Shown one piece after another: positions 41,301-51,921 of a stretch of DNA of 64,000 nucleotides. The translations under genes were made by a program, and so were the position numbers. The DNA is taken from contig CAVPOC010000002.1 of NCBI GenBank assembly GCA_963706955.1, positions 96,001-160,000 on the forward strand, written 5' to 3'. Numbering within the stretch: position 1 is the first letter of the stretch; every line of letters starts with the position of its first letter. Under the pieces are notes generated by a model. That model searched no databases. It had not been told where the DNA came from and saw only the letters and a list, made by a program, of their open reading frames with translations. Source of the stretch: an uncultured Verrucomicrobiae bacterium (GTDB lineage: Bacteria; Verrucomicrobiota; Verrucomicrobiia; Chthoniobacterales; Terrimicrobiaceae).

Positions 41301-43887
41301 GCCTTCGACATCTTGTTTGCGGAAGGCCAGCGACGCTTTCTGGACAGTATGTCGGCCTATGCAAGGCAGTTTGTGGAACAGCTCGAAAAGCCGGATGTCG
41401 ATTCCATCGAGGGCCTGCCGCCGAGCGTTGCGATCGAACAACGCATCACCAGGGGCGGCGGAAAGTCGACCGTGGCAACCGTCACCGAAGTCTATCATTT
41501 CCTTCGGCTCCTCTTCTCAAAACTCGGCACGCAACATTGTCCCGACTGCGGTGTCGCCGTCGAAAAGCAGACGCTTTCCGCCATTACCGGAGCCGTTCAG
41601 CGACTCGCCAGCCGCGGCGCGGTTCAAGTCTTTGCCCCGCTGATCAAAGCACGCAAGGGCTTCCATACAAGAGTTGCCGAGTGGGCGGCGCGCAATGGTA
41701 TCGATTTTCTTCTTGTGGACGGCGCGATCACGCCTGTCGCCAGCTTTTCGAGGCTCGAGCGGTTTAAGGAACACTCGATCGATGCACTGGTCGGCGAAGT
41801 CCTCCCTCGCCGCGATGCGAGGGAACTCGTCCGTCGAGCGCTTGAAATTGGCAAGGGCTCGGCTCGCGTTCGGGACAGCAAAGGGAAGTTCCACATCGTC
41901 AGCTCGGAAATGAATTGTCCGGAGTGTGGCCGCGCCTTCGAGGCGCTGGATCCGAGGCTTTTCTCCTTTAATTCGCCGCACGGCTGGTGCTCGCATTGCC
42001 GCGGATTTGGCGAGGTGTGGGAGGATTATTCGGAGAAGGACTTCGATTCGGCACTCGAGGCTGAGCTCGCGGAGGAACGCAGCCACGAGGTTCTTGATGA
42101 TGGCGAGGCACGTCCCTGCCCGGTCTGCCGTGGAACACGCATCAACGAAACCGCTCGGAGCGTCTTCCTTCATGGAGAAACAATTACCAGCATCACGCGG
42201 CTCGCTGCCGATGCTTCGCTCAAGAGCATTCAACGGCTTAAATTTCAAAGGAAACGAAAAGGAAATTGCTTCCGACATTCTTACCGAGATCGTTCAGCGC
42301 CTGCGCTTCCTTTGTCAGGTAGGATTGGGCTACCTGACATTGGATCGTGCGTCCAACTCGCTTAGCGGCGGCGAGTCTCAACGCATCCGCCTGGCCGCCC
42401 AGCTTGGCTCCAACCTGCGAGGTGTGCTCTATGTTCTTGACGAGCCGACCATCGGACTGCATGCGCGTGATAACTCCCGCCTTCTCGAGGCGCTGGAAAC
42501 TCTCGCGCGACAGGGGAACTCACTCGTTATCGTCGAGCATGACGAAGAAACAATGCGCCGCGCCGACCACATCATCGATCTCGGACCGCAAGCCGGCGCC
42601 CACGGCGGCGAGGTCGTCGCTACGGGTCAAATTGCGGAAATTATCGCCCATCCAAATTCTCTCACCGGTCGATGCTTGAAGCACCCGATGATCCACCCGT
42701 TCCGTGGGCTCCGGCGGAGCTTGGCGGATGCTCCGGGCTGGATCGAAGTTGCCGGAGCGCGACTCCATAACCTCAAGGATCTTGATGTTCGCTTTCCCAT
42801 CAATCGGCTGACTGTCGTCACCGGAATCTCGGGCTCGGGCAAGAGCACTCTCGTTGGCGGCGTATTGCTGCCAGCGGTCAGGGAAGCGCTCCAGCGAAAA
42901 TCTGCGGCCACCCAGCGCGCACGGCTCTCGGCCTCGGCAAACGACGCACCCTGGCAGGCACAGCGAGGAACCGAGCTGCTCGGAGCGGTTTTGGAGGTCG
43001 ATCAATCTCCGATTGGCAAGACGTCGCGTTCAATTCCCGCAACATATATCAAGGTCTTCGATGAAATTCGGGCGCTCTATGCCACGCTCCCTGCTGCACG
43101 GATGCGCGGATACAGCGCGAGTCGGTTTTCGTTCAATAACGAAGGCGGTCGTTGCGAATCCTGCCTAGGCCAGGGAGTCATCAAGCTCGAGATGAACTTC
43201 CTGCCACCCTCTTACATTCCTTGCCAGGAATGTGAGGGGAAGCGCTACAACGGAGCGACGCTGGAAATCGAATACAATGGCAAATCGATCGGCGATGTCA
43301 TGGAGATGACGGTGGAGGAGGCCGCGGAATTCTTCGGCGCGCACCCGAAAATTCGCCGCGCTCTGCGCCTGATGGTGGAAACCGGTCTCGGCTACCTGAA
43401 GCTCGGCCAGCCAAGTCCGACATTGAGCGGTGGTGAGGCCCAACGGATCAAACTCGTCTCGCAACTCGCCCGGCGCGCCACCGCTGCGGCTGAGGAGATC
43501 CAAACGAGCCGTCGTGGCAAGTCGACTCTCTACATCCTGGAAGAACCAACCATAGGCCTGCACGCCCAAGATGTCGCCCAACTAATCAATATCCTTCATC
43601 GGCTCGTTGACGAGGGCGGCACCGTCGTCGTCGTCGAGCATCACATGGACGTGATCGCGGAAGCCGACTACATCGTCGATCTTGGTCCGGAAGCCGGAGC
43701 CAACGGCGGAGAGATTGTCGCCGTCGGTTCACCCGAGGAGGTCGCCCTTTCCCGACGCAGCCGCACGGCGCCATTTCTGCGTGAAATTCTCAAAAGAAAT
43801 CCGCACCCGTATCCGGCAAAATTGCCGGCTGACCGCCCGAACGCAACCGCGCCTGCGGCTGCCCCATTCGAGCTGGAACTACTTTAA
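38306..43887 (+). CDS. uvrA: Excinuclease ABC subunit A, double-length form, three single-base frameshifts
   Basis: Four GxSGSGKS Walker A and four LSGGE motifs, two AEGQRR motifs and zinc fingers. Frame changes near 39129, 40170 and 42245. Confidence 0.95.
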
Positions 43888-44003
43888 ACAGAGGCAGAGC
43901 GACCGCCGCGAGATTTGCCGGCGCCGCATTTACTCTCGCGCGCACCTCCATGCACACGTTGACAACCCGCCGATGGGACGATAGTTAGTTTAACCTTTTT
44001 ATC

Positions 44004-45821
44004 GTGAGTTTTCTCCCTGTTTTGCAAGACGCAACCTCCTCCGACATTGGGGGACTTCGGGCTGATTTGAGGCCGCAAAGTATTCGCGATGCCGTGATCC
44101 GGCTTGCCGGAAATTCTCAGGACGGCATTCAGTCTGCGGGCGCGATGTTGGCGCGGTTGGCCGGCCGCAGCGCGCAAGAGGTGATGACCTACATGACGAT
44201 CCCGTCCACCATCTCGGGAGGTCCGTCGATTTTCCAAGTGCGCATTGGATCCGGCGAAGTTCTCTCGGCGGGAGACGAAGCTGACTTCCTGGTAGCCTTG
44301 CATCAGCACAGCTACGAGGACCATATCGGCTTTCTTCGCGACGGTGGAGTGCTGCTCTACGATGCCGACAATGTCCAGCCCGACCCAAACAAGAAGCAGT
44401 TTGTTCATGTGGGCGTTCCGATCACCGGGCTGACCATCGAAGCGCTCGGCGGATCTGCGAAGGACAAGGGAAAAAATATCTTTGTCCTCGGATTGCTCGC
44501 CCGCATTTTTCATCTCGATACGGAGAAGCTGAAGAAGCTGATCGCGGAGCGGTTCAGCGGAAAATCCGAGGATGTCGCCAACACGGCCCTGACGGCGTTC
44601 CAGGCTGGCTTTGCCTATCCGGTCGGCAATGTGCTTTCGCGCCTTTACCGCTTCGAACACAGCGTGGAAACTGCCACCGGCAAAGCGCAGGTCACCATGG
44701 ACGGGAACCAGGCGCTGGCTTACGGGCTGATTGCCGCGGGCGTGCGCCACGGCGCCGGCTATCCGATCACCCCTTGGTCTTCCATCATGGAGATTCTGCG
44801 AAGCGAGTTTCCGAAGTATGGAGGAGTTTTCGTTCAGGCAGAAGACGAGCTTGGCGCAGTATCGCTCGCGCTTGGTTTCTCTTACGCCGGGCATCTGGCG
44901 GTTACCGGCAGTGCCGGTCCCGGGATCTCTCTGAAGAGCGAAGCGATTGGCTGGGCTTCCATGGCGGAGATTCCGCTCATTGTTATCAATGTTCAGCGCG
45001 GCGGACCAAGCACGGGCCTGCCCACGAACGTGGAACAGAGTGATCTTTATCAGGCGATATTTGGCGGTCATGGTGACAGCCCCCGCGCGGTGCTGGCGGC
45101 GTCGACCGTGGAGGATTGCTTTTACATCGCTCTCGAAGCGGGTCGCATTGCCCGAAAGTACAGCACGCCGGTAATCATTTTGAGCGACTCCTCGCTGGCT
45201 ACGAGAATCGAGGCCTTCGACGAGCCCGACCTGAAAAGCTTGATGCAGGAGCCCAAGCCGGACCTTACTCCTCGCGAGGAGGGCTTCAGACCCTACGCCC
45301 TTGATCGTGTCACGAGTCACGCTGCACCTGGAACCCCGATGCGTGACGGCAAGTATCCGGTCGTCACGGGCCTCGAACATGACGAGATGGGTCATCCCAC
45401 CGGAAGCCCGAAGCTCCACACCGCGATGACTGCCAAGCGCCGGCGCAAGCTGCAACTGCTGGCCGAGGAAATTCCCCTGCCGGAAGTGCACGGCGATCCC
45501 TCAGGCGAGGCATTACTTGTCGGGTGGGGCTCGACCTATGGTCCGATTCACGAGGCGGTCAACCAGGCGCGAGAGCGGGGCGAAAGCCTTTCCGCGCTTC
45601 ACCTTCGTCATGTGCATCCACTGCCCGACGGTTTGAACGAAATCTTCGACCGGTTCAAACGAGTTATTGTCATCGAGATGAACGACGCCGGCCTTTATGG
45701 ATACGGACAGCTCGCGACTATTCTCAGAGCGAGATATTGCAATCCAAAGATTCGCAGCCTGACGAAGACAGATGGGCTGACCTTCCGGGTCCGCGAGATT
45801 TTAGAAGGAGTTTTGAAATGA
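44004..45821 (+). CDS. 2-oxoacid:ferredoxin oxidoreductase alpha subunit
   Basis: GYPITP, QAEDE, SAGPG, VQRGGPSTGLPT and TGLEHDE. Confidence 0.95.
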   Translation: MSFLPVLQDATSSDIGGLRADLRPQSIRDAVIRLAGNSQDGIQSAGAMLARLAGRSAQEVMTYMTIPSTISGGPSIFQVRIGSGEVLSAGDEADFLVALHQHSYEDHIGFLRDGGVLLYDADNVQPDPNKKQFVHVGVPITGLTIEALGGSAKDKGKNIFVLGLLARIFHLDTEKLKKLIAERFSGKSEDVANTALTAFQAGFAYPVGNVLSRLYRFEHSVETATGKAQVTMDGNQALAYGLIAAGVRHGAGYPITPWSSIMEILRSEFPKYGGVFVQAEDELGAVSLALGFSYAGHLAVTGSAGPGISLKSEAIGWASMAEIPLIVINVQRGGPSTGLPTNVEQSDLYQAIFGGHGDSPRAVLAASTVEDCFYIALEAGRIARKYSTPVIILSDSSLATRIEAFDEPDLKSLMQEPKPDLTPREEGFRPYALDRVTSHAAPGTPMRDGKYPVVTGLEHDEMGHPTGSPKLHTAMTAKRRRKLQLLAEEIPLPEVHGDPSGEALLVGWGSTYGPIHEAVNQARERGESLSALHLRHVHPLPDGLNEIFDRFKRVIVIEMNDAGLYGYGQLATILRARYCNPKIRSLTKTDGLTFRVREILEGVLK

Positions 45822-46747
45822 ATGCGCCAGCTGTGCTCCCCGAGCGGGAGAAACTTACCAAGAAGGCTCTCACGGCCGACCATCCGACCTGGTGTCCGGG
45901 TTGCGGCGACTTCGCAGTTTTGGCTGGCTTTTACAAGGTCCTTGAAAAGCGGCAGCTGCCGCACGAGAACATTGTCACGCTCGCGGGGATCGGTTGTTCG
46001 TCGCGTTTTCCCTACTTCGTGAACACTCACGGCGCGCACTTCATTCATGGTCGCGCCGTGCCGCTGGCTTCCGGGGTTAGCCTCTCGCGGCCCGATTTGC
46101 ATGTCTTCCTCTTTGGTGGCGATGGGGATGGATTTTCCATCGGGGGCAATCATCTCGACCACGGAGCGCGCAAGAATATCCGGCTCACTTACGTGATCAT
46201 GGACAATTTTGTCTATGGTCTCACCAAGAAGCAGACTTCTCCTACCTCGCCGATTGGATATCGATCAAAGACCGATCCCACCGGAGCGATCGATCAGCCA
46301 GTCAACCCGATCAAGAAACTGATCGCCGCGGGCGCCACCTTTGTTGCTCGAACTCACGCCACCCAGATCAATCACATGATGCAAATGATCGAGCGCGCCA
46401 TGGACCATGACGGTTTCTCGGTGGTCGAGGTGCTCTCCGAGTGTGTCGAGTTTTTCCCGGGCGCATTCGATGCCGGCAACCCGCGCAAAGGGGGCGCTTT
46501 CACCATCATCGACGAGAAAAAGTGGGATAACACGGCTGAGGACGAGGCCCGCCACGACGTGACCGACGAGATCGCCGCTTACCGGCTCGCGAACCTGCCC
46601 TTTCCGGGCCTCTTCGGAGTATTCTATGAGATCGACAGGCCAACCAAGAATTCGCTCGAGAGCAAGTGGATTGCCGAAGCACGGGCAAAATCCGGGGCCT
46701 CTAGCGATTTGGAAATCCTTCAGAAGACGTTCGATCGCCTGAAATAG
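45818..46747 (+). CDS. 2-oxoacid:ferredoxin oxidoreductase beta subunit
   Basis: WCPGCGD, GIGCSSR, HGRA, GGDGDG and DNFVYGLTKKQTSPT; ATGA overlap with the alpha subunit. Confidence 0.95.
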   Translation: MNAPAVLPEREKLTKKALTADHPTWCPGCGDFAVLAGFYKVLEKRQLPHENIVTLAGIGCSSRFPYFVNTHGAHFIHGRAVPLASGVSLSRPDLHVFLFGGDGDGFSIGGNHLDHGARKNIRLTYVIMDNFVYGLTKKQTSPTSPIGYRSKTDPTGAIDQPVNPIKKLIAAGATFVARTHATQINHMMQMIERAMDHDGFSVVEVLSECVEFFPGAFDAGNPRKGGAFTIIDEKKWDNTAEDEARHDVTDEIAAYRLANLPFPGLFGVFYEIDRPTKNSLESKWIAEARAKSGASSDLEILQKTFDRLK

Positions 46748-46769
46748 CGGCCTTTGCAGGCAAGCTTTC

Positions 46770-46826
46770 TGTAGCGACCGTGTCCCACGGTCGAGAACCC
46801 TCGGCGGCGGGGACGCCGCCGCTGCA
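46770..46826. repeat. GTAG-type REP doublet, copy 1
   Basis: TGTAGCGACCGTGTCCCACGGTCG followed by the inverted CGGCGGCGGGGACGCCGCCGCTGCA. Confidence 0.75.
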
Positions 46827-46982
46827 ACAAAAACGCCGCGCCTTCGCTTCATTCCGTCCCGGGTGTAGCACATCCGGCATCCCCGGGTGCGGCACGTTGC
46901 CGCAAGCGGCTCGGCTGTCCCGCCGGGCGCGATCTTGGCAAGAACACTGATCGGTAGATTCGATCAGCTTCCTTGCTAAGAT

Positions 46983-47033
46983 TTGTCCGGCGAGACGCCG
47001 GACAACCACACCCGAGGACGGGTGTGCTCCCCC
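46983..47033 (-). repeat. GGAGCACACCCGTCCTC-type REP (second family)
   Basis: Reverse complement GGGGAGCACACCCGTCCTCGGGTG...GGCGTCTCGCC matches 54135-54183. Confidence 0.7.
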
Positions 47034-47153
47034 AACCTTGGCGCTCAGCTGCTCTTATCTCAAAGGGTTTCCACTGATCCGGCAGTACTTCCTCGACTCT
47101 CCGCAAGAATTCTTTTGCTGCCAGGCCTGCGGCGTGAGACAAACTGCCCCCCA

Positions 47154-48527
47154 ATGCTCAACTGGATTTGGCTCGGGCTTGTCCTGCTGGCTGTTCTTCT
47201 CGGGGCGGTGTCCGGACAGCTCGGCGAGGTAACAGGTGCCGCCTTCGAGGCCTGCAAGACCGCCGTAATGACGCTGGCCTTGCCGCTCGCAGGTATCATG
47301 GCCTTATGGCTCGGGGTGATGCGACTGGCAGAGAAGTCTGGCCTTGTCGGCTTTCTGGCCGCGGCTCTTCGGCCGATCATGCGATGGTTGTTTCCGGATG
47401 TCCCCGCCAATCATCCCGCGATGGGTTCGATGGTCATGAACATGGCGGCCAACATGCTGGGGCTGGCGAACGCGGCCACGCCGCTGGGCTTGCGCGCCAT
47501 GCAGGATCTCGAACGGCTGAACCCGCGACCCGGTGTGGCAACAAATGCGATGTGCACTTTTCTTGCCATCAACACCAGTTCGATCCAACTGATACCCGCA
47601 ACCGCTGTCGCGATCCTTTCCGCCGCCGGTGCAACCAATCCCACCTCCATCATCGGAACGGCCTTCATCGCGACGGTCTGCTCGACGGCCGCCGGAATCA
47701 TCGCCGTGAAATCGCTGGAAAAGCTGTCGTGGTTTGCTCTTCCTAAAGTGGAAGTGAGTTCAACCGAAAGTGTGCCTGCGTCGAACGACCTCGTCGCCGA
47801 TGAGGAGGAAGTGCCACCGCTTCGCCCGACTTGGCGCATTCTCCTCGTGTTGACGCTGGTGTTTTTTTGCGTGCTTTTCGTGGCGATGGCATACTTTCCG
47901 GCGACCTTCGAGGTGCTTGCCAATGCCGCCCGAGAGTTTTTATCGGTTTCCACTCCATTTGCTTTTCCTCCGGAGTGGACCGGCCGACATTGGGTTGCTC
48001 GAAGTGTCGAGGCGATTTCCCTTCTCGCGATACCATTCATCCTGACAATGTTTCCCCTGTATGCCGCCGCCAGGCGGGTTCCGGTCTACGAAGAATTCGT
48101 CGAGGGGGCCAAGGAAGGGTTTCAGGTTGCCATTCGCATCATTCCCTTTCTTGTGGCCATTCTGGTTGCCATCGGCATGTTTCGGGCGGCCGGCGGGATC
48201 GACCTTCTTGCTCGCATCCTTTCGCCGATTTTCCAGCCGTTACGATTCCCTGCAGAATTGCTCCCCCTTGTCCTGATGCGACCACTCAGCGGCAGCGGGT
48301 CAAATGGTATCTTCGCGGAACTGGTGAAGACCCATGGTGCCGATAGCCTGATCGCCAAGATGGGCGCCACGATTATGGGCAGCACCGAAACGACCTTTTA
48401 TGTTATTGCAGTCTATTTCGGGTCGGTGGCGATTCGCAGGACGCGCCATGCGGTTGCCGCTGGCCTTCTCGCTGATCTGACCGGCGTCATCGCATCGGTC
48501 ATCATCTGCAATCTAGTCTTCGGCTAA
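47154..48527 (+). CDS. SpmA/SpmB fusion (nucleoside-recognition gate domain) membrane protein
   Basis: NMAANMLGLANAATPLGLRAM (SpmA); VYEEFVEGAKEGF, RPLSGSG and GSTETTFYV (SpmB). Confidence 0.9.
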   Translation: MLNWIWLGLVLLAVLLGAVSGQLGEVTGAAFEACKTAVMTLALPLAGIMALWLGVMRLAEKSGLVGFLAAALRPIMRWLFPDVPANHPAMGSMVMNMAANMLGLANAATPLGLRAMQDLERLNPRPGVATNAMCTFLAINTSSIQLIPATAVAILSAAGATNPTSIIGTAFIATVCSTAAGIIAVKSLEKLSWFALPKVEVSSTESVPASNDLVADEEEVPPLRPTWRILLVLTLVFFCVLFVAMAYFPATFEVLANAAREFLSVSTPFAFPPEWTGRHWVARSVEAISLLAIPFILTMFPLYAAARRVPVYEEFVEGAKEGFQVAIRIIPFLVAILVAIGMFRAAGGIDLLARILSPIFQPLRFPAELLPLVLMRPLSGSGSNGIFAELVKTHGADSLIAKMGATIMGSTETTFYVIAVYFGSVAIRRTRHAVAAGLLADLTGVIASVIICNLVFG

Positions 48528-48557
48528 GCGCATCCAGCATCTTCGAGATCGCCAAAC

Positions 48558-49514
48558 GTGATCGCCGAGTTTTTCTTTCTCCTTCAGATCGTCGCTCCCA
48601 TTTTCATCGTCATGGCACTGGGCTACGCCATGCGGAAGATCGATATTCTCTCGAGCGAGGCAGATCGCTCGCTCACTCGGCTGGTCGTCACCTTGCTGGC
48701 GCCTTGCCTGGCATTCGACACGATCATCGGCAATGAGGGGCTCGCCAATCCGAAGAACTGGATCCTCCCTCCCATTCTCGGCTTTGCATCGATTGCTCTC
48801 GGAATCGTCGTATCCCGATTGGGCGTAAAGTGCTTCCGAATCCCGGAAGGCAATGCCAGCAGGACTTTTGTTTTCACGGCCTGCCTTCACAACTATGGCT
48901 ACATTCCCCTTCCGCTCTGCCACGCCCTATTCGACCGCGAGACCCTGGGTGTGTTCTTCGCATTTTTTCTCGGCGTCGAGCTGGCGTTTTGGAGTATTGC
49001 TGTTGCGCAACTCACCGGCCATTCCGAGCCCGGAGGTTGGCGCCGCGCGATCAATGCTCCCATCGTCGCGATCCCGACAGCGATAGTCCTAAACGCTCTC
49101 GGCGCAAAAGCCTGGATCCCTCCGGCGGTGGCGACGACCTTTCACTTGCTGGCCGTCTGCGCGATTCCGCTGGCACTGCTTCTCAGTGGCGCGCTTATTG
49201 CCGACTATGTGAACTGGGAGTCCGTGCGCCACGGGCGGCGGACGATTCTGGCATCCGCCGCCGTTCGCATCCTCGCTCTGCCCGCGCTAATGATGACCTT
49301 CACGCGGTTTGCTCCGTTGGATGTTCCCCTAAAGTCCGTGCTGATCATTCAAGCAGCCATGCCGGCCGCCATTTTTCCCATCGTGGTTACGAGAGCGCAT
49401 CACGGAGACATGCCAACTGCGCTTCGTGTAGTCCTCGGCACTTCCGTCATTGGCTTGATCACGATCCCGCTCTGGATCGGATACGGCCTGCATTGGATAT
49501 TGCCAGGGCGCTAG
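48558..49514 (+). CDS. AEC (auxin efflux carrier) family transporter
   Basis: About ten transmembrane segments; NYGYIPLPL, NAPIVA and QAAMPAA. Confidence 0.88.
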   Translation: MIAEFFFLLQIVAPIFIVMALGYAMRKIDILSSEADRSLTRLVVTLLAPCLAFDTIIGNEGLANPKNWILPPILGFASIALGIVVSRLGVKCFRIPEGNASRTFVFTACLHNYGYIPLPLCHALFDRETLGVFFAFFLGVELAFWSIAVAQLTGHSEPGGWRRAINAPIVAIPTAIVLNALGAKAWIPPAVATTFHLLAVCAIPLALLLSGALIADYVNWESVRHGRRTILASAAVRILALPALMMTFTRFAPLDVPLKSVLIIQAAMPAAIFPIVVTRAHHGDMPTALRVVLGTSVIGLITIPLWIGYGLHWILPGR

Positions 49515-49540
49515 CAATCCGCCGCAGCCGACGGGCAGGG

Positions 49541-50665
49541 CTACTGTTTCCTGGCCTTGTAAAAATTTATCGCGGTAACGAGATCGACCGCTCTCTGCAG
49601 CACGGTATCGCGGATAGGCGGAGCCTTGCCGCGATCTCGCAGCGCCGCTTGCACGGTTTCAATCTCGGGATTGAGGTTCGCGACGAGCGAGGCTTCGTTC
49701 ATTCTGCGGCGCTCAGGATCGTAGACAAATTGGCTCACCCCTGTTTGCTTGCTTTCCCGAAAGATTTGATCGCGAACGTCGCGCGCCAACCAAATCGAGA
49801 CGTCTGGTTTCACCCCATGAGGGAACATCGCCCCCGCATTGGGAAGAATAACTTGGGCGATGGCCACGCGCAGCGTGGCGTTTCCGTTAATGGTCGCTTC
49901 AGCGAACTCGACGGCTTGGCCGCTCGTCTCCGATCCGATAATCATCGCGCCGGCGTTCAGGCGCAGCGTTCCTGCGAGCGCCTCTGCGGAACCCGCCGTA
50001 TCTGAATCCGTCAGGACGACGAGCACCCCTTCAAAAGAAGGATCCTGGTTCGAGGTAAAGATTCGTTCCTGCTTCGCACTGGGCTTTTGAATCGAGAAGA
50101 GCAGTTTGCCCTTGGCACAGAACCGCCGCGCGAACTCGGCCGCAGCTTCGAAGTCGCTGCCCTCTGAAAGTCCGCGCAAGTCGAGAACGACTGCATCGAT
50201 CTGGCTTTGTGGAAACCCTGCCAACGCGGCATCGAATTGCGCCAGCGTATCCTTGGTGAGCGCACCCGGCCTGATGTAGGCGATGTGCGAATCGAGAATC
50301 TCTGCGAGAAATGGAGTGGCTGGCGCTGGACCGGATTTCGCCGAGGTGCTCACGATAGCAGCACCGGGAGACAGTCGATTGATGAGCCCTTCCAAAGTCG
50401 CTCGCTTAAGCGCCTTCTCATCGACCTTTGAAGTGTCGAAAAAGCCCTCAGTAAATGTCCGCAGCGCCTTTTCCACATCTTCATCCTTCATTTCATCGAT
50501 AAGCTCGCGCATCGTTTGGACCGGCGGCGTGGGACTAGGAGATGGCGACGGCGAGGGAGATGGAGACGGCGACACCTCGGGCGACGGAGTCGGAGAAGGT
50601 GAGGGCTGTTGGGCCCGGAGCGATACTGCCAGGACACCGAAAATCAAGAGAGCGCGAAAAATCAT
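49541..50665 (-). CDS. Exported S41 peptidase-like protein, probably catalytically inactive
   Basis: Signal peptide and Pro/Ser linker; IAYIR, VLDLR, TAGSAE, TSGQA and GVKPD. Confidence 0.75.
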   Translation of the reverse strand: MIFRALLIFGVLAVSLRAQQPSPSPTPSPEVSPSPSPSPSPSPSPTPPVQTMRELIDEMKDEDVEKALRTFTEGFFDTSKVDEKALKRATLEGLINRLSPGAAIVSTSAKSGPAPATPFLAEILDSHIAYIRPGALTKDTLAQFDAALAGFPQSQIDAVVLDLRGLSEGSDFEAAAEFARRFCAKGKLLFSIQKPSAKQERIFTSNQDPSFEGVLVVLTDSDTAGSAEALAGTLRLNAGAMIIGSETSGQAVEFAEATINGNATLRVAIAQVILPNAGAMFPHGVKPDVSIWLARDVRDQIFRESKQTGVSQFVYDPERRRMNEASLVANLNPEIETVQAALRDRGKAPPIRDTVLQRAVDLVTAINFYKARKQ

Positions 50666-51921
50666 GGAGCGCCAATGTCCTCTCTGCGTTGCATTTGGTC
50701 AAAGTGGATTGTGTTCGCCGCTCCATAGGCAAGTTTTCTGGCTCCATCGCGATCGGAGCCGAGTGCGCTGACCCCCAGCACGCGTCCTCCATTGGTGACG
50801 ATCTGCGGCCCATCCTGTTTGGTCCCGGCATGGAAGAGGACCACATCCGCAATCTTTTCAGCTTCGTCCAGCCCACCGATCGGGATTCCCTTTTCGTAGG
50901 TGCCGGGATAACCGCCTGAGGCAAGAACGACACACACTGCCGCCCGATCGTCCCATTGCGGGCGCTGCAGCGCGACAGCGTTGTCAACGCAAGCTTCGAG
51001 GAGATCGAGCAAGTCGCTGCGGAGGCGGCGGAGAAGCACCTGGGTTTCGGGATCTCCAAAGCGGCAATTGAATTCGAGAACCTGGGGACCATTCTCTGTC
51101 AGCATCAATCCCGGAAACAACATGCCGCGAAAGCCGATGCTCTCCGCCCTGATTCCGGCAACAAAGCGATCGAGCACTTCGCTCTTCACTCGCTCAATAA
51201 GCGTTGCATCGAGCGCTCCCGACGGCGAAACGGTTCCCATGCCACCCGTATTCGGACCTCGATTTCCGTCGAATGCGCGCTTGTGATCCTTTGCATCTGG
51301 AAAGAGGCAATATCCGGATTCATCGACAAGCGCATGAATCGAGCACTCCACGCCCCGCAAGCACTCCTCGATGACGATCCTGCGGCCGGACTCCCCGAAG
51401 ACGCCCAGGTCCATAGCGCGATGGATGGCCATGGCTGCTTCCAGGGGATTTTCCGCTACAACCACGCCTTTGCCCAAGGCCAAGCCATCCGCTTTGATCA
51501 CTATAGGATACTTTGCGCCACGACACCAGGCGTGTGCCTCCAGACTGTCAGAAAACTCACTGGATTCCGCGGTCGGGATTCCGTGACGCCGCATGAATTC
51601 CTTGGCAAATATTTTTGACGATTCCAGGCGCGCCGCAGCCGCCCGTGGACCGAAAATTCGCAGTCCCTCGTTCTCGAAGACATCAACAATTCCCGCTGCC
51701 AGCGCGTCGTCCGGTCCGACGACGGTAAGACCGATGTTTTCGCGTTTCGCGAATGCAGCCAGCGCCGGAATTTCCCCCACACCGATGTCAACATTGTCGC
51801 CGATCCTGGCCGTCCCCGCATTTCCCGGCGCACAATATACCTTCGTCACGCGGGGGGACTGCGCGAGTTTCCACGCAAGAGCATGCTCCCGTCCACCCGA
51901 ACCGATGATCAAAACTCTCAT
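50662..51921 (-). CDS. purD: Phosphoribosylamine--glycine ligase
   Basis: MRVLIIGSGGREHALAWKL, KADGLALGKGV, GPNTGGMG, EFNCRFGDPETQ and TNGGRVL; ATG at 51921. Confidence 0.97.
   Translation of the reverse strand: MRVLIIGSGGREHALAWKLAQSPRVTKVYCAPGNAGTARIGDNVDIGVGEIPALAAFAKRENIGLTVVGPDDALAAGIVDVFENEGLRIFGPRAAAARLESSKIFAKEFMRRHGIPTAESSEFSDSLEAHAWCRGAKYPIVIKADGLALGKGVVVAENPLEAAMAIHRAMDLGVFGESGRRIVIEECLRGVECSIHALVDESGYCLFPDAKDHKRAFDGNRGPNTGGMGTVSPSGALDATLIERVKSEVLDRFVAGIRAESIGFRGMLFPGLMLTENGPQVLEFNCRFGDPETQVLLRRLRSDLLDLLEACVDNAVALQRPQWDDRAAVCVVLASGGYPGTYEKGIPIGGLDEAEKIADVVLFHAGTKQDGPQIVTNGGRVLGVSALGSDRDGARKLAYGAANTIHFDQMQRREDIGAP

Noticed and set aside
38306..43887. Programmed ribosomal frameshifting in uvrA or malQ
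   Set aside because: No consistent slippery sites, and similar indels are scattered over unrelated genes.
43959..43991. Sigma70 promoter for the oxidoreductase operon
   Set aside because: TTGACA is perfect, but no good -10 hexamer lies at 16-18 bp spacing.
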